Of a stretch of 59,165 nt of DNA, positions 57,476 to 59,165 are shown piece after piece. The position numbers were made by a program, and so were the translations under genes. Origin of the DNA: a virus (taxonomy: Duplodnaviria > Caudoviricetes); the IMG/VR virus record IMGVR_UViG_3300028418_000005, positions 1 to 59,165 of that record. One strand, written 5' to 3'. Positions within the stretch are counted from its first letter, which is position 1. Every line of letters begins with the position of its first letter. Under the pieces are notes generated by a model. That model saw nothing but the letters and a program-made list of their open reading frames with translations, made no database searches and was not told the DNA's origin.

Positions 57476-57510
57476 TAGCCTGTTACTATTAATCTTTATA
57501 TCTTATGTCA
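57470..57510. promoter_or_regulatory. inverted-repeat operator-like site, copy 3 (TGACA-N31-TGTCA), over the HTH gene start
   Basis: TATGACATTAGCCT is identical to copy 1; ends TGTCAC. Confidence 0.6.
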
Positions 57511-57623
57511 CACAATGTTTCGTAAAACATTTGCTCATTTGCATCTAAGTTGTATTTTTCTATAATATCCTCTAATGTAGCATGATCATAATACTGCATA
57601 TAAGTTCTTTTACTTCCTCCCAT
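57489..57623 (-). CDS. 44-aa hypothetical protein
   Basis: MGGSKRTYMQYYDHATLEDIIEKYNLD...; read manually. Confidence 0.5.
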   Translation of the reverse strand: MGGSKRTYMQYYDHATLEDIIEKYNLDANEQMFYETLCDIRYKD

Positions 57624-57795
57624 TTTTCATTAATTGTATTTTGTTTTTATATTTTAATAATTGTTTTCTTTTTTCTAAATTAACAAGACCAGTGTCCATT
57701 GCTTCTTGAAATATTTCGTTTTGTAATTCTGCCATACGTTGTGAAACATATCTTTTATGAGACAAACACCGGCGCTTTTTTATAAACTCTTTCAT
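57610..57795 (-). CDS. hypothetical basic protein
   Basis: 61-aa ORF in packed run. Confidence 0.5.
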   Translation of the reverse strand: MKEFIKKRRCLSHKRYVSQRMAELQNEIFQEAMDTGLVNLEKRKQLLKYKNKIQLMKNGRK

Positions 57796-58234
57796 TTTTA
57801 TTTGCTATATTATGTTTTTCTCCTATATAATAATTCCAATAAGCTTTTACGCTACATTCGTCTTTATATTCATCAGGCATACACTGAGGTGGTTGTTCAA
57901 ATACACCATCAGGCATACCTACAGGGTATCTGTATAATGGTAAGAAACATTTACTTATTGATAAATGTATTTTACCATACCTAGCTGTATATTCATCACC
58001 CAACGCTATCATATGATTAAATAACCATCTGTAATGATTTTTATTTTGTCTAGTCCATATTGTAGACGGGTGATTGTAATGAGCTTTTTTATATGGTACA
58101 TCTGTGTTTTCATCATAATGATGATGTGCCGTACAAAGCATTTGAGCTGATTCTAAGATCATTTTTACAACATGTTTGTTATATTGTACCTCAGCAGCTT
58201 TATAAGGGTCTTTATGTAAATAAAATATATTCAT
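57755..58234 (-). CDS. pyrimidine-dimer DNA glycosylase / DenV-like protein
   Basis: MNIFYL...KHVVKMILESAQMLCTAH, HYNHPSTIW, PPQCMPDEYK; likely start 58234 (track starts 58285). Confidence 0.75.
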   Translation of the reverse strand: MNIFYLHKDPYKAAEVQYNKHVVKMILESAQMLCTAHHHYDENTDVPYKKAHYNHPSTIWTRQNKNHYRWLFNHMIALGDEYTARYGKIHLSISKCFLPLYRYPVGMPDGVFEQPPQCMPDEYKDECSVKAYWNYYIGEKHNIANKNERVYKKAPVFVS

Positions 58235-58240
58235 ACCTAC

Positions 58241-58268
58241 AAAAGCCCGCACCTTGTGAGTGCGAGCT
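58241..58268 (-). terminator. hairpin with U-tract just upstream of the DenV-like start
   Basis: minus strand AGCTCGCAC-TCACAAG-GTGCGGGCT TTT. Confidence 0.5.
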
Positions 58269-58272
58269 AGTA

Positions 58273-58392
58273 TTATTTTTCCCAACTATATTTAGTTTTA
58301 TCTCTTATTTTATTTAGCTTATCAATTAGTTTGTAAGCCACGTCTTCGCTGATCTCATCAGCATAGAACATATCGTATATTAATCTTCTCAT
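58273..58392 (-). CDS. 39-aa hypothetical protein
   Basis: MRRLIYDMFYADEISEDVAYKLIDKL...; ATGA-coupled; read manually. Confidence 0.55.
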   Translation of the reverse strand: MRRLIYDMFYADEISEDVAYKLIDKLNKIRDKTKYSWEK

Positions 58393-58532
58393 AAATCTTC
58401 TTCTAAACAATCACCGCATATATCGCAGAAATCGTAGTCTTCTTGGTTCATAATTTTACTACACATCTCACACGTAGGCTTGCCCCACGATTCAGTAGAG
58501 GCAAGACCTGAATAGTTGCAGTTATTATTCAT
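58389..58532 (-). CDS. 47-aa zinc-finger-like microprotein
   Basis: CEMC...CDICGDC; read manually. Confidence 0.6.
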   Translation of the reverse strand: MNNNCNYSGLASTESWGKPTCEMCSKIMNQEDYDFCDICGDCLEEDL

Positions 58533-58623
58533 AATATTGTGCATTTTCTTCCCAGCAATCACTACAGCAAGAGTCGTGACCGCTAGTTGTTAATGATTTG
58601 TTACACATATCGCATTTATTCAT
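58525..58623 (-). CDS. 32-aa zinc-finger-like microprotein
   Basis: MNKCDMCNKSLTTSGHDSCCSDCWEENAQYYE; read manually. Confidence 0.55.
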   Translation of the reverse strand: MNKCDMCNKSLTTSGHDSCCSDCWEENAQYYE

Positions 58624-59164
58624 AATTTCTTATCGCTTTATAGTGTGGGTGTCTGTAACTACCTGCTTTAGTTCGTTCGAAGTATGTAAATGTAGCATAC
58701 TGACCGATGTAGTCGTGTATATTTTCTAGCATATTAGCTAAGTCTTTGTAATTGTAGCCTTTACCTGGAGGACAGCCAAACTCATTACCTTCATAATCTT
58801 GCATAATAAATTTACCAAGTGTACCTTCACGTTTACCTTTACCTATTTCATAGCCAATAATTGTAGCTTCTGCATCGTGAAAGTCTTTAAACTTCATAAG
58901 ATCCCATGATCTTGTACCTTTGTACTTGCCTTCAAACGATCTGTATATAGAGCCTTCGTAACCTAGTTTAAGGTTTTTAGCATGTATTTTTTGTGCGTCG
59001 TCAAAATCTAGAGCTACTTGAGTATCACTTATACATAAACAACTGCTAGTTCTAAACATAGCTGAATTTTTAAGTGAGTTTACAAAATTCATACGCCAAG
59101 TGTAAGTAGCATGAGGAAAGCTAGCTACATCATATATATGATATTGTACTAGTTCTGCAGCTTC
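58616..59164 (-). CDS. lig: ATP-dependent DNA ligase, 5'-truncated by window end
   Basis: frame open to the edge (QYHIYDV motif), GYEGSIYR, RSWDLMKFKDF, OB domain, YRHP. Confidence 0.88.
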   Translation of the reverse strand, partial: EAAELVQYHIYDVASFPHATYTWRMNFVNSLKNSAMFRTSSCLCISDTQVALDFDDAQKIHAKNLKLGYEGSIYRSFEGKYKGTRSWDLMKFKDFHDAEATIIGYEIGKGKREGTLGKFIMQDYEGNEFGCPPGKGYNYKDLANMLENIHDYIGQYATFTYFERTKAGSYRHPHYKAIRNYE

Positions 59165-59165
59165 T

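Noticed and set aside
1-59165. Stop-codon reassignment as in some crAss-like phages
   Set aside because: Long genes are intact in code 11, and TAA, TAG and TGA all end genes at sensible boundaries

Overview
This is a 59-kb, AT-rich segment of a tailed dsDNA phage read in the standard genetic code. It is probably podovirus-like and infects Bacteroidota/Flavobacteriia, as inferred from A/T-rich leaders without Shine-Dalgarno sites and from gene content and order reminiscent of marine Cellulophaga phi38:1/crAss-related lineages. Layout: (1) 1-2040, small minus-strand early-type ORFs; (2) 2100-2430, a G-rich non-coding divergence point; (3) 2435-47496, a plus-strand arm with a Cys-rich repeat fibre, GroEL/GroES, lysis genes, basic microproteins, a collagen fibre, terminase, portal, scaffold, major capsid, tail proteins and ejection proteins ending in a 3287-aa polyvalent protein; (4) a bidirectional terminator at about 47550; (5) 47585-59165, a minus-strand replication and nucleotide-metabolism arm (class II RNR, endonuclease, two NTP pyrophosphatase-like proteins, a dCMP-type thymidylate-synthase homologue, primase-helicase, SSB, RecE/ERF, sigma factor, HTH protein, DenV-like glycosylase, ligase). 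Best leads: (a) the giant protein has a zincin motif, a sigma-like segment and a HAD domain separated by four recurring [LFM][QN][AL]S[EA]K linkers, possibly a self-processed injected polyprotein that serves the non-host-type early promoters; (b) a TGACA-N31-33-TGTCA operator occurs three times, once on the start of the HTH gene and twice around the G-rich locus; (c) a T4-like cytosine-modification cassette; (d) an 11-repeat Cys-rich virion protein. All protein calls come from motif recognition by eye, with no database search.
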